A stretch of DNA of 64,000 nucleotides from an uncultured delta proteobacterium (GCA_963743525.1 CAVUQH010000004.1:352001-416000), one strand, 5' to 3'; shown: positions 11,724 to 22,406, counted from the first letter of the stretch. Numbers and translations: made by a program. Notes: generated by a model from the letters alone, not told the origin.

Positions 11724-12571
11724 GCCGCCGCCCGCACGGCAGCAAGATCGTCGGCACCTATCTGGGGCTGATCGCGGTCACCACCGTCACGCTCTATCCG
11801 GTGATGCTGGTGCTGAAGAAGGCGTTCGAGCCCGGACGCCACTTCGCCACCTCGCCCTCGCCCATCCCCACCCACGCGTCGCTCGACAACTTCCGCGAGC
11901 TGATGCACATGCGCAGCGCCGGCGGCGACCTGCTGTTCCTGCGCTACACCTTCAACTCGGCGGTGGTCGCCCTTGCCACCACCATCATCGGTGTGGCGTT
12001 GTCGTGCACCGCGGCCTATGCCCTCAGCCGCTACCGCTTTGCCGGACGGCGCGCGGGCCTGACCAGCTTCCTGGTCGTGCAGATGTTCCCGGCCACCCTG
12101 CTGATCATGCCGCTGTACGTGGTGCTCGATCGGCTGGGGCTGCTCAACTCGCTGTTCGGGCTGGTGCTGGTCTACGCCACCACCTCGATCCCGTTCTGCG
12201 TGTGGACGCTGAAGGGCTACTTCGACACCCTGCCGCGCGAGCTCGAAGAAGCGGCGCGCATCGACGGCGCGTCGAGCTGGGGCGTATTCTTCCGCGTCGT
12301 CCTGCCGCTGGCGCGACCGGGCATCGCGGTGACCGCGCTGTTCTCGTTCATGACCGCGTGGAACGAGTTCATCCTCGCCCAGACGTTCATGACCGACGCC
12401 GGCGCCTACACCCTGCCGGTGTTGCTGCAGAGCCAGATCGGCGAGTTCTCCGCCAACTGGGGCGTGTTCGCCGCCGGCGCCGTGCTCACCAGCGTGCCGG
12501 TGATGGTGCTGTTCTACGTGCTGCAGCGCTACCTGGTCGGCGGCCTCACCGCCGGCAGCGTCAAGGGCTAG
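11720..12571 (+). CDS. malG: Maltodextrin ABC permease (MalG-like)
   Basis: LKGYFDTLPRELEEAARIDGA, QRYLVGGLTAGSVKG. GGAGG RBS and ATGA overlap. Confidence 0.88.
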   Translation: MSRRPHGSKIVGTYLGLIAVTTVTLYPVMLVLKKAFEPGRHFATSPSPIPTHASLDNFRELMHMRSAGGDLLFLRYTFNSAVVALATTIIGVALSCTAAYALSRYRFAGRRAGLTSFLVVQMFPATLLIMPLYVVLDRLGLLNSLFGLVLVYATTSIPFCVWTLKGYFDTLPRELEEAARIDGASSWGVFFRVVLPLARPGIAVTALFSFMTAWNEFILAQTFMTDAGAYTLPVLLQSQIGEFSANWGVFAAGAVLTSVPVMVLFYVLQRYLVGGLTAGSVKG

Positions 12572-13305
12572 GCCAGGTCCAGCTCGGGGTAGCGGCGGAA
12601 CCCGCCGTCCTCGTTGAACGGGATGCGCCGGTCCGACGCCAGGTAGGCGGCGATGTTGGGCCGCGCCGCCACCCGATCGCGCAGCGCCAGCAGACCCGGC
12701 GCATCGGCGAACGCGCGCGCCGAAGCCCTGGGCAAGGCGTAGTGGAGCCCGACCACGATCTGGAACAGCCACAGATCGACGTAGGAGTGAGCGCCGCCGA
12801 CCATGAAGTCGCCGCCGTTCTCCTGCAACACCCGCTCGAAGTAGCCGAGGAACTTGGGCATCCGCTGGTCGATGAACGCCGCCGCCCGGCGCGCCGCCTC
12901 CGGCTTCTGCTCGTGGTAGTAGAGCATGCTGCCGATCGGATGGTGGGTGTCGTGGATCTCGACCACGAAGTCGGCCACGGTCATCGCCAGCATCAGCGCG
13001 CGAAGCCTGTCGGCCTCGCTCTCGGGTGCCAGACCCAGGCGCTGGCCGAGCACCGAGCCGATCAGCGGAGTCTGCGCCAACACCACGTCACCGAGGTCGA
13101 CGATCGGCGGCGCGAACGGCGGCGTCGCCGTCCCGTCACCTTTGATCATCGACATGATCGCCGGCACGCCACCGCCCTGCTCTTTGGGCTGGCGGGCGAC
13201 ATCGACATAGTCGGCGCCGGCATCCTCCAGCAGCAGGCGGACGAACTCTCCGCGGCCCTGAATCGACGGCCAGTAGTAGAGCTTGATCGGTGCGGTCTCC
13301 GGCAT
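12568..13305 (-). CDS. Glutathione S-transferase
   Basis: LYYWPSIQGRGEFVRLLLE, FAPP, SYVDL, RPNIAAYLAS. Confidence 0.9.
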   Translation of the reverse strand: MPETAPIKLYYWPSIQGRGEFVRLLLEDAGADYVDVARQPKEQGGGVPAIMSMIKGDGTATPPFAPPIVDLGDVVLAQTPLIGSVLGQRLGLAPESEADRLRALMLAMTVADFVVEIHDTHHPIGSMLYYHEQKPEAARRAAAFIDQRMPKFLGYFERVLQENGGDFMVGGAHSYVDLWLFQIVVGLHYALPRASARAFADAPGLLALRDRVAARPNIAAYLASDRRIPFNEDGGFRRYPELDLA

Positions 13306-13323
13306 GGCCGGAGGATACCCGGA

Positions 13324-13812
13324 CTACGCCGCGGCGCCAGGGTCTGGCGACTGGCGAAACGACGCGATCACCAACAGCCCCGCGCCCACCGCGATGGCGA
13401 CGTCGGCGACGTTGAACACCGGCCAGCCGTGCAGGTGCACGAAGTCGACCACGTAGCCGCGCAGCGCCCGATCGAGCAGGTTGCCCAGCGCACCGGCCAC
13501 GACCAGACCGAAACCGACCTGGACCATCCCCCCGCCGCCCCGCTGCCGATACCAGGCGAAGCCGACCAGGCCCAGCACCGCCAGCGCACCGATCACCACC
13601 GCCGGCGCCTGCGCACCGCGCGGGAGCGCGCGCTCGGCGTTGAACGCCATGCCGCGGTTCTGGTGGTAGTCGAGATCGAGCCGCCCGGCGACCAGCTCGT
13701 GCGGCGGTTGCTCGGCCAGCCGCCGCTCGGCCAGCTCCTTCGATCCCTGATCGCACCCGACCACACCGATCACCAGCAGGGCCAACATCAGTCCGCTCAC
13801 GCGAGTCGTCAT
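13324..13812 (-). CDS. lspA: Signal peptidase II
   Basis: DQGSK, NRGMAF, GALGNLLDR, VVDF, VFNVAD. Start may be 13833. Confidence 0.9.
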   Translation of the reverse strand: MTTRVSGLMLALLVIGVVGCDQGSKELAERRLAEQPPHELVAGRLDLDYHQNRGMAFNAERALPRGAQAPAVVIGALAVLGLVGFAWYRQRGGGGMVQVGFGLVVAGALGNLLDRALRGYVVDFVHLHGWPVFNVADVAIAVGAGLLVIASFRQSPDPGAAA

Positions 13813-13862
13813 ACCTGCGTAACCGTAGCTCACGGCGGTCCATTCCGGGCTACCCTGGGGCC

Positions 13863-14645
13863 ATGCCGCAGATTGCCGTCCCGGCCCACCTTTATATGAG
13901 CGCGCCCGTGGTCACGATCGCCGCCACAGCGCACCTTTCCGACGCCTGGCAGCGCCTCGACGAGCGGCAGATCTCCAGCCTCGCCGTGGTGGACGCCGGG
14001 GGCCAGCCCGTGGGCGTGATCACGCGCTCCGACCTGCTGCGCGTCGGCCGACGTGAGGCCGGCGCCCGCGGCGACGTCGCCCTGCTCGAGCTGCCCGACC
14101 GCCAGGTGGCCGACACGATGACGGCCGGCATCCGTTCGGTCGGCCCCGGCGATCCGCTCGCGGCCGCGGCCGCGCTGATGAATCGCCACGACATCCACCG
14201 CGTCTTCGTCGTCAACGGTGGCAGCCTCGCCGGCGTGATCAGCACGCTGGACATCATGCGCGCGGTCCGCGACGACCGCCCGCTCACGCCGATCGTCGAG
14301 CACATGTCCAAGCCGCTGTTCACCGTGCGCGTCGACGACCCGCTGTCGGTCGCCGCCGAGCGTCTGGCCGAGGCGCGCATCACCGGGTTGGTAGTCGTGG
14401 AGAACGACTGGCCGGTGGGCGTCTTCACCCAGCTGGAAGAGGTCGCGGCCAAAGATCTGCCTCCGGACACTCGCGTCGAGGAGGCGATGAACGCCGCCTT
14501 CATCTGTCTGCCCGAGTCCACGCCACTCCACCGCGCCGCCGAGCAGGCGATCGCCATGCGCGTCCGCCGGATCATCGCGGTGCGTCACCGGGGTCCGATC
14601 GGCATCTTGACCGGCCTCGACTTCGCCCGCGCCGCCCACGATTGA
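13863..14645 (+). CDS. CBS-domain protein (four CBS repeats)
   Basis: Repeated h-VV-D/E..G.h.GVIT/S.xD motifs. Confidence 0.88.
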   Translation: MPQIAVPAHLYMSAPVVTIAATAHLSDAWQRLDERQISSLAVVDAGGQPVGVITRSDLLRVGRREAGARGDVALLELPDRQVADTMTAGIRSVGPGDPLAAAAALMNRHDIHRVFVVNGGSLAGVISTLDIMRAVRDDRPLTPIVEHMSKPLFTVRVDDPLSVAAERLAEARITGLVVVENDWPVGVFTQLEEVAAKDLPPDTRVEEAMNAAFICLPESTPLHRAAEQAIAMRVRRIIAVRHRGPIGILTGLDFARAAHD

Positions 14646-14682
14646 GTTGACTCTGCGGCCCCCCGGGCCGATTGTGTAGGAT

Positions 14683-16258
14683 GTGGAACAGATCCTGATC
14701 GTCGGAGCCGGTCCAACCGGTCTGGCGCTGGCCTGCACGCTTCGCCAGCACGGCGCGACCTGCCGCGTCATCGACCGCCGCGCCGTGCACATCGATCGCG
14801 CCCGCGCGGTCGACCTACAACCGCGTACGCTGGAAGCGCTTCGCGCCCTGGGGCTGTTCGACGACGTGCTCGCCCGTGGCACCCGCATCGAGGCGATGTC
14901 GTTCTACGATGGCGCCCGGCGCCTGGCCCGACTGGGCGTGGCGGCGCCGTCGGCGTCGATCCCGTTCGGTGTGGCGCTGCCACAGAACGACACCGAGGAG
15001 CTGCTGGAGACGTTGCTGCTCGGGCTCGGCGGCAAGGTCGAGCGCGGGATACGACTGGTCGAGCTTCACCGCCGTCCCGGTGGCGTCAACGTCGGCCTGC
15101 TGCATCCCGACGGCAACCTCGAGCGCGCGCAACCTACCTGGGTGGTCGGCTGCGACGGCGCGACCAGCAGCGTGCGCGACGCTGCCGGCATCGAGTTCAC
15201 CGGCCGCGGCGGGCAGCGCAGCTTCGCCACCACCGACGTGTCCCTCGACTGGAACCTGCCCGCCGCGGAGATCGCCCTGTTCCTGGGCGAGATCGGTTTC
15301 CTCCTGGTGCTGCCGCTTCCCGGCAACCGCCGTTACCGGCTGATCGCCGAGACCGCCGATCCCAGGCGTCGCCCCGACGACCTGGATTCGTTCGCCGAGC
15401 TGGCGCGCGAGCTGACCGGTGCGCCGATCGAGCTCCACGACGCGCGCTTCGTGCTGACCTACCATGTCAACCAGAGGCTGGCGCGCAACTTCCAGGCCGA
15501 CCATGTGCTGCTGGCCGGCGACGCCGCCCACACCTTCAACCCGGTCGGTGGCCACGGCATGAACCAGGGCATCCAGGACGCGACCAACCTGGGCTGGAAG
15601 CTGGCGCTGGTTGCCCGCGGCCTGTCGCCAGGCGATCTGCTGGCCACCTACGACAGCGAGCGGCGCGCCGCGGCCAGCGTGCTGATGCGCGAGATGGACT
15701 TCAGCGCCAGGCTGCGGCTGTCGCAGGCGCAGCTCGACGACGTCGATCGGGACCGGCTGCTCGACTTCGCAGTATCGGCGCCGCCGCTGCGCCGCTCGGT
15801 GCTCGACGCCGCGCTGACCTATGAGTGGACCTACAGCTCCAATACCTTCGTGCGCGAGGTGCTGAGCGGCGGCGCGATCCTGCCGTCGGGCCTGGCACCC
15901 GGGTATCGCGCGCCGGCACTCGGTCCCGATGGCGACGACCACGGCGACCCGCGCCACACCTTGCTCCTGTTCGCCGGCGACCGAGTCGAACCCGGCGCTC
16001 CTGTCCCTGGCCCGCGATCTCGACCGGGTGTGGAGCGATCTGGTGCGCGTGGCCGTGGTCGTCACCAGCGAGGAGGCGCCCACGGGCTGGGACGGACCCA
16101 CGCTGCGCGATCCGGCCCGCGACCTGCACGATCGCTTCGGCGCCCACCAACCGTGCAGCTACCTGGTTCGACCCGACGGACACATCGGCTTCCGCTCGTG
16201 CCCGGTCTCACCCGAAGCGGTGCGCGACTACGTGCGCGGACTGTTCCCCTCCGCCTGA
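14683..16258 (+). CDS. FAD-dependent monooxygenase (PheA/TfdB-like), apparent +1 frameshift at ~15990
   Basis: IVGAGPTG, VVGCDG, LAGDAAH..NPVGGHGMNQGIQDA. The C-terminal LVRPDGHIGFR motif is in another frame (15929-16258) and is restored by removing one A from GTCGAAC. Confidence 0.85.
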
Positions 16259-16262
16259 GCCG

Positions 16263-17543
16263 TCACTCGGCCGGCAGCTTCACCGCGCGCGGCAGGAGCA
16301 ACCACATGCGCCCGGGCCCGCCCATGCGCCCGGCGACGTCGCCGGCGGCGGCATCGTCGCCCCAGTAGACGTCGCCGCGCACCGGTCCGAGGATCGCACC
16401 GCCGGTGTCCTGCGCGATCAGCAGCTGGCGCCACGGCACGGTCCCGCGTTTGCCGGCGACCGGCGCGCGCGTGGCCACCCACACCGGGGTCAACAGCGGA
16501 ATCACCGCCCGGTCAACGGCGATCGATCGGCGCGCGGTCAGCACCACGCCTTGCGTACCGACCGCGCCCTTCGCCGATAGCTCGCGGAAGAAGACCTTGG
16601 CCGGACTGTGGTCGGCAATTTCGTCAACGCGGCCGGGGTGCGCGGCGAACCAGGCGCGGATCCCCTGCATCGTCCCCTGGCCGCGCTTCAAGAGGCCCAT
16701 GCGCCGGAGGATGCCGCCGACCCCGTGGTAGCGGAGACCGTTCTTGCCGTCGAAGCCGATCCACAGCGTCGACCCGTCCGGCAGCGTGACCCGTCCCGAG
16801 CCCTCGATCTCGGCGAAGATCTCGTCAACCGGATCGTCGACCCACAGCAGCACCGGATAGCGATCCGGGTGCTGGCGAATTTCGGTGCGGGTGGGATACG
16901 GCTCGAGCTCACCGTGCTCACCGACGCGCCCCCAGATGCGGCGGTCGCGGCCGTCGGCGATGAAGTCGCTGAGCTGCACCTCGACCAGGTCTGCCGGCCG
17001 CGCCAGCACCGGAGTCTGGTACGCGCCGCCGCGCTTGCGCGAGCCGCGCAGTGGTTGCACGTAGTAGCCGCTCAGCTTGGCCTTGGGACCATCGCTGCCG
17101 TGGGCGGCGTAGGCGTGGAACTCGGCCTCGAAGAAGGCCCGCGCCGCGGCGTCGTCGCCGGCCGGCACTTTCGCCGCCGTCGAACACGCGGCGCGCCAGT
17201 CGCGCGCAGTGCCGCCGTACGGCCCGGCGCCGACACGCTCGCCGTCACCCATCTTCGCCAGCACGGTGCACGAGGCGAGGAACGCCGGCATCGCCGCCGA
17301 CTGGCGATCCGCGGCCCAGCCCGGCAGCTGATCCCACGCCACCGGCAGCAACGTCAGTTTCTCTCCGGTCGTCGCGCTGGGTGCCGGTGGCGCACACGGC
17401 TCGGGCTCTGGCGGCAGCGGTGCGGACGTGGCCAACGGCGCCGACGAGGTGGGGATGGCAGCATCCCGCGCCGGGGCCGTCCCCGCCGGCGGATTGCGAC
17501 ATGCGGCCGCGACCAGCGCGACGAGGAGCACGAGAGCGCGCAT
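16263..17543 (-). CDS. mltA: Membrane-bound lytic murein transglycosylase A
   Basis: Lipobox, LSGYY, EIEGSG, SIAVD, IAQDTGGAILGPVRGDVYWG (3D domain). Confidence 0.93.
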   Translation of the reverse strand: MRALVLLVALVAAACRNPPAGTAPARDAAIPTSSAPLATSAPLPPEPEPCAPPAPSATTGEKLTLLPVAWDQLPGWAADRQSAAMPAFLASCTVLAKMGDGERVGAGPYGGTARDWRAACSTAAKVPAGDDAAARAFFEAEFHAYAAHGSDGPKAKLSGYYVQPLRGSRKRGGAYQTPVLARPADLVEVQLSDFIADGRDRRIWGRVGEHGELEPYPTRTEIRQHPDRYPVLLWVDDPVDEIFAEIEGSGRVTLPDGSTLWIGFDGKNGLRYHGVGGILRRMGLLKRGQGTMQGIRAWFAAHPGRVDEIADHSPAKVFFRELSAKGAVGTQGVVLTARRSIAVDRAVIPLLTPVWVATRAPVAGKRGTVPWRQLLIAQDTGGAILGPVRGDVYWGDDAAAGDVAGRMGGPGRMWLLLPRAVKLPAE

Positions 17544-17689
17544 CGGGCCTTCATCATACGCGCGTCCGAAGCCACGTATTCCGTGCAGTTGCCGGCGTGA
17601 CCGCCGTCCCTGCCGCATTGCGACGATGCAATGCGAGACATCCTCGCTACACTTGTGCCGTAGCCGGATCCGAGCACAGGAGGTACGTG

Positions 17690-18064
17690 ATGCTTTGTCC
17701 CCGGTGCCAGAGACCCCTGATACCGCTGTTCACCAGCCTCGCGTGTGATCACTGCGATGGACTGGACGAAGTCGAGTACGACCGTGGCTTCGTCGTCCTG
17801 CTCGAGGACGCGACCTTTCCCACCGGACCGACCTACGTGTTCCGCACGCGCACCGACGCGGCCCGTTGGCGTGCGGCGCAAGGGCTACAGCAGCTGCCGA
17901 TCCGCGAGGTGCTCAGCGAGCTACCGATGCGCTGGCGCAAGTCTACGGGCACGATCCCGGATCTCGAGCTGGCCGACCGCCCGTTCACCATCCACGAAGA
18001 TCACCGCTTCCCGCGCGAAGACCACAGCGCGTTCCTCGCTCCCGCTCATCGCAGCGCCGCCTGA
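17690..18064 (+). CDS. Hypothetical protein with N-terminal CxxC...CxxC zinc ribbon
   Basis: AGGAGG RBS, MLCPRCQRPLIPLFTSLACDHCDG. Confidence 0.7.
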   Translation: MLCPRCQRPLIPLFTSLACDHCDGLDEVEYDRGFVVLLEDATFPTGPTYVFRTRTDAARWRAAQGLQQLPIREVLSELPMRWRKSTGTIPDLELADRPFTIHEDHRFPREDHSAFLAPAHRSAA

Positions 18065-18172
18065 GCTGGCCAGCCGTTTGCAACTCCACAGGGTGGCCCC
18101 GTCAGGACGAGCAAAACTGCGCATATCTTGCAGCCTGACGCAAAAGCCGCGAATTCGTAGCGAGGAGACACC

Positions 18173-18628
18173 ATGGAGTTGCAGAGCAAAGCGGTCTGGA
18201 AAGACGGGATGGCATTCGACACCGAGCTCGAAGGGTTTCATTTCACCGTCGATGCCGACGAGCAATTCGGCGGCCGCAACCTGGGGCCGCGCCCCAAGGG
18301 CCTCCTGCTGTCGTCGCTGATCGGCTGCACGGCCATGGACGTGATCGCGATCCTGGGCAAGATGCGCGTCACCCCCGACGCCTTCGAGGTGTCGGCCGAC
18401 GGTGTGCTCGACGACGAGCTGCCCAAGGCTTACCGCTCGGTCGTCGTGCGCTACAGCTTCCGCGGCGCCGACTTGCCGGAGAACAAGCTGCGCCGCGCGG
18501 TGCAGCTGTCCGAGGAGCGCTACTGCGGCGTGCGCGCGACGCTCGCCCCGGTCGTCAACATCAGCAGCGAGATCTGGGTCAACGGCGAGCGCCTGTCGGC
18601 CGCCGACTCCGATCGCATGGCTGGCTGA
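18173..18628 (+). CDS. OsmC-family protein
   Basis: GPRPKGLLLSSLIGCTAMDV...LSEERYCGV, with GAGGAG RBS. Confidence 0.9.
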   Translation: MELQSKAVWKDGMAFDTELEGFHFTVDADEQFGGRNLGPRPKGLLLSSLIGCTAMDVIAILGKMRVTPDAFEVSADGVLDDELPKAYRSVVVRYSFRGADLPENKLRRAVQLSEERYCGVRATLAPVVNISSEIWVNGERLSAADSDRMAG

Positions 18629-18633
18629 CGACG

Positions 18634-19227
18634 TCAGCGACGCAAGGCAAATGCCAGCGTCGCCGTGCCGCCCGCGCGGACCGTGACGGTCTGCGCTGGT
18701 GCCTTCAGGTGCGAGTTCCACACCTTCACCTGATAGGTGCCGGGCGGCACTCCGGTGAGGGCGAACCCGCCGTGGGCGTCGACCACGGCCGCGTGACGGT
18801 TCTGCCCGACGAAGACGTAGCCGAGCATCTCGGGATGGAGGGCACACAGCAGCGTGAACGTGCCCGTTTTGGTGAAGGTGTGCTCGCGCGACTCGCCGAA
18901 GCCCCAGACGCCCAGGTTGAAGCCGCCTTCGGGTGAGAAGACGTTGTGCGACACGTGGTCGTGGTTCTCGAACTTCACCGTATCGCCGACCGCGATGGCG
19001 CGAACGTGCGGAACGAAGGCCATGCCCTGCTGATCGACGTTCGCGGTTCGAGGCGTGAGCTTCTCGTTGGTGTGGTCGACGTAGACGACCGTCTCGGGCA
19101 GGTACTTTGCCGGCATCGCGGTGACGCGTCCGGTGATGGTTCCGCCGTCCGCCCGCGCCGTACCCGGCGCGAGCAGCGTCACGGCCAGCAGCGGTGCGGC
19201 GAGCGCGGCAATCTGTTTGGTTCTCAT
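18634..19227 (-). CDS. Secreted cupredoxin-domain protein with carboxypeptidase-regulatory-like domain
   Basis: Signal peptide, GDTVKFEN.D.VSHNVFS, LCALHPEM (type-1 Cu-like ligands), VPPGTYQVKVW. Confidence 0.8.
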   Translation of the reverse strand: MRTKQIAALAAPLLAVTLLAPGTARADGGTITGRVTAMPAKYLPETVVYVDHTNEKLTPRTANVDQQGMAFVPHVRAIAVGDTVKFENHDHVSHNVFSPEGGFNLGVWGFGESREHTFTKTGTFTLLCALHPEMLGYVFVGQNRHAAVVDAHGGFALTGVPPGTYQVKVWNSHLKAPAQTVTVRAGGTATLAFALRR

Positions 19228-19237
19228 GATCGGCCTC

Positions 19238-20195
19238 CTAGGGTGACCGGACTACGGCCGGCTCGGCGGAGGCGCCGCTGCCCAGGTACTGGTAGGCGGC
19301 GGCAACCTCGCGGTGAGTCAGGTAAGGAAATGCGGGCATGAGCTCGCGGCGCGTCGTGCCCACGCGCCCGCCCATGCCCATGCCCATGCGCCCGCCCATG
19401 CCCATGCGCCCGCCCATCGTTGACACCGAACCGGTCTCCACCTTCTCCATCACCATCGACAACGGCTCGCTGCGCATGCTGGCCAGCGACGGCACGATGC
19501 CGTGCATCATCACCTGCATGTGTCCGCCGGGTCCGGTCGCGTCGTGGCACAGGTGACAGGTGCCCTTGACGACCAGCTCGCCGACGCGGGTTGCCGGCTC
19601 GGCGATCGGCGCCGGGGGCGTGGCCGGCGGCTGCGCGCCCGCGAGGTCGCGCAGGTACGCCAGCAAGGCGTCGATCTCGGCCGCAGTCAGGTAGGCGAAC
19701 GGCGGCATCTTCTCTCCGCCGTCCTTGAACCGCTTGCGGATCGACTGCATCGCCGACCTGGTGATCTGGTCGACCAGCTGCGCCGACGGTGCACTGCCCG
19801 TCTGCTGCTTCAGTCTCTCCGTCAGCAGCGCCGGCGAGGTGCCGCTGATCGGATCGAGCAGCGAGGGAATGACCGGCGGCGCGCCGGTGGCCCCGGGACC
19901 GTGGCAGGCGCGACAGCTGTAGCGATAGATGTCGGCGCCCGACAGCTGGAAGCGCTGGCCCGATCCACCGGGCGTCGACCTTCGTTCTTCCCCGCCACCC
20001 TGGTGGGCGAGCGGCGTCGCGTCGATGGCCAGGCCCAGATGGCCCAGCCAACTCTGCCCCAGCACCGGACTGACGGCGCCGTCGGCAGGTGGCACCTCGG
20101 CTTCGCCCGTTCGACTCGGACGAGCGCTGACACCCGGCCGCGAAACAGACCGCGAACACGAACGCGCAACAGGAAGCCAAACGGAGCATCGGCAT
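19238..20195 (-). CDS. Diheme c-type cytochrome lipoprotein, apparent +1 frameshift at ~20110
   Basis: CRACH and CHLCH motifs, two MPxF motifs. The signal peptide/lipobox (FAAGC) is in another frame, joined by removing one base at GTTCGAC. Confidence 0.8.
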
Positions 20196-20338
20196 GACCT
20201 CTCGAAGGTCGTTACGACACGATGCTCATGAACGAACCGTGCCAGCCCGCAATGCGCTCCGGGTGCGAAACGCGACCGAAACGTGTGCGGGCGCGCCCCA
20301 GGTGAGTCCGGGGCGCGCCCACGCATCTAGATGGAACG

Positions 20339-20587
20339 CTACTTGGCCGGCGCCGCGGTCGGGGCCTTCTTGACCGACTTGGCCTTGGCTTTGCGCGCGT
20401 GCTTCGCGTGCTTGACCTTCTTGGCACTCTTCGTCGTCTTGCTCGGGGCCTTGGCTGCATCCTTGGTGCCAGCCTTGGCTTCCTTCTTCGCCGGGGCGGC
20501 CTGACTGGTCGGACCAGCCATCGCCACCCCCGAGACACACAGAGCAGCACCCACCACCAACGCACGCACTACTTGCAATCTCGCCAT
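20339..20587 (-). CDS. Small secreted Lys/Ala-rich protein
   Basis: Signal peptide followed by a basic low-complexity tail (KKVKHAKHARKAKAK). Confidence 0.65.
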   Translation of the reverse strand: MARLQVVRALVVGAALCVSGVAMAGPTSQAAPAKKEAKAGTKDAAKAPSKTTKSAKKVKHAKHARKAKAKSVKKAPTAAPAK

Positions 20588-20757
20588 CTTCTTACCCTTT
20601 CGCGTGTCGCCGAGCTCGATCGCGTCACTCGTCGCGGTCTACGCCGGTCGACCGGCGCGGATCCCTCCGCGGCCTTCTGAATCAGCTCAACCCACCCTGC
20701 TGAGCGGCCTATTCCTGCCCTCACGCTTCTCCCGTGATAAATCCGGACCCGGGCCCC

Positions 20758-21453
20758 ATGACCAACGACCGCGACCAACTGAAACGAGCCGCCGCCGAGG
20801 CGGCCGTCACATATCTCCAGTCAGGAATGGTCATCGGGTTGGGCGCCGGCACCACCGCGCGGTTCGCGCTGGATTTCATCGCCGCGCGGATCACCGGGGG
20901 ATCGCTCACGGGGGTCCGCGGTGTGCCCTGCTCGAGCCAGGTCGCGGCCGACGCGGCCCGCCTGGGCATCCCGCTGACCACCCTGGAAGAACACCCGGTT
21001 CTCGACCTGACCATCGACGGCGCCGACGAGATCAGCCCATCACTAGACCTGATCAAGGGCGGCGGCGGCGCCCTCCTGCACGAGAAGATCGTCGCCCAGG
21101 CCAGCCGCCGCGAGATCATCATCGCCGACGACTCGAAGCTGTCGCCCGCACTCGGCACCCACCGCTCGCTGCCGGTCGAGGTGCTGCCGTTCGGCTGGCG
21201 CGCCCAGCGCGACTATCTCGAGTCGCTCGGCGCCCGCGTCATCCTGCGCGCGGACGACGCTGGCGCCGCGTTCGCCAGCGACGAGGGCAACCGGATCCTC
21301 GACTGCGACTTCGGCCCGATCGCCGACCCGCGCGCGCTGGCAGCGGACCTCGACGGACGCGCCGGCATCGTCGAGCACGGCCTGTTCCTCGGCCTGGCCA
21401 GCGATGTGCTGGTCGCCGGACACGACGGACTCACCCACCTCACCCGCGAGTGA
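20758..21453 (+). CDS. rpiA: Ribose-5-phosphate isomerase A
   Basis: GLGAGTT, TIDGADE, LIKGGGGALLHEKIVA, GIVEHGLF. Confidence 0.96.
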   Translation: MTNDRDQLKRAAAEAAVTYLQSGMVIGLGAGTTARFALDFIAARITGGSLTGVRGVPCSSQVAADAARLGIPLTTLEEHPVLDLTIDGADEISPSLDLIKGGGGALLHEKIVAQASRREIIIADDSKLSPALGTHRSLPVEVLPFGWRAQRDYLESLGARVILRADDAGAAFASDEGNRILDCDFGPIADPRALAADLDGRAGIVEHGLFLGLASDVLVAGHDGLTHLTRE

Positions 21454-21479
21454 GGCGCCGCGGTCGTGCTCCCTGGCAC

Positions 21480-21728
21480 CTAGTCGGTCTCGCGCGCGTG
21501 TGCGCTCTCGGCCGCGGCGAGGAAGGCCGCGTCCAGCGCCTCCGCGTCGAGCACGATCTTGCCGTCGTGCACCGAGCGGACCGCTGGACTGCGGACGATG
21601 AAGTCGCCACCGCCCTCGACGTAGATGACGAGCGCCGTGGGCCGAATCTCCCGCACCGCTCCGATCGGATCAGCCCCCTCGGCGAGGAAGGCCTGATCGC
21701 CAATCGCCACCTGAACCAATCGCTTCAT
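21480..21728 (-). CDS. Hypothetical protein
   Basis: 82-aa ORF with GGAGG upstream and coding-like composition. Confidence 0.6.
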   Translation of the reverse strand: MKRLVQVAIGDQAFLAEGADPIGAVREIRPTALVIYVEGGGDFIVRSPAVRSVHDGKIVLDAEALDAAFLAAAESAHARETD

Positions 21729-21909
21729 ATGTCTGAAGCATGCCTCCTCCCGGCCAGAAATCTAGCCCCTCTGAACCGGTGTCGGGGCCATCCCTATCCG
21801 GCCCCGGTGGCACGATCGAGCGCAGCAATCGCAACCCCGTTGAATCGTGAGCCAGCATGCCGCCGACGAAACCCTCGAACGAAACCGCTGTGGCGTCTAT
21901 ACCTGATAC

Positions 21910-22269
21910 ATGCTCGCGCGCGACCTTCGCCGGCACCACCGCATCGAGTGTGACCGACCGGCGATTTTCGAAGTCACCACGCCGGCCGGTCCGGAGCGAT
22001 CACCAGCCACGGTGCGGGCGCTGTCGATCGGGGGGCTTGGCCTGGCGTTCGACGAGTGGGACACGGTTGCCGCCAAGGCCGGCGATACCGCCATCGTTCG
22101 CTTGCCCATCGACGCCGGCGCCCTGGTCTTGCCGGTTCGCGTCGCCTGGGTCAGGCACGACCCGTCGGCGCGGTTCGATCTCGGCGTCGTCATCATGGCC
22201 GACCGGATCGACCACGCGACCGCCGCTGGATACCAGGCGCTGCTGATGGACGCCGTGGACGGCGTCTGA
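21910..22269 (+). CDS. PilZ-domain protein
   Basis: RRHHR and (A)LSIGG motifs, VRVAWVR. Confidence 0.75.
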   Translation: MLARDLRRHHRIECDRPAIFEVTTPAGPERSPATVRALSIGGLGLAFDEWDTVAAKAGDTAIVRLPIDAGALVLPVRVAWVRHDPSARFDLGVVIMADRIDHATAAGYQALLMDAVDGV

Positions 22270-22270
22270 C

Positions 22271-22293
22271 CGGCAGCGTTGCGATCGGCAACG
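22271..22293. promoter_or_regulatory. Putative regulator-binding site (GTTGC-N5-GCAAC), copy 2
   Basis: cggcagcgttgcgatcggcaacg upstream of the amylase gene, near-identical to 7813-7835. Confidence 0.6.
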
Positions 22294-22406
22294 CGGTGGG
22301 GCCCGCAGCCTGTGACGGGATGTCTCATGAAGCGGCGTAAGCGGCCGAGATCCCGTGATCGAATCCCGTCCAGGTCGAGCACGATTCGTGCTTCGATCGG
22401 TCCTTC

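Noticed and set aside
14683..16368. FAD monooxygenase as a pseudogene or with a novel Arg-rich tail
   Set aside because: The tail is out-of-frame read-through, and the canonical C-terminus is present in the adjacent frame.
20229..20245. TGGCACG sigma54-like box upstream of the cytochrome gene
   Set aside because: The -12 element reads TC rather than GC at the required spacing.
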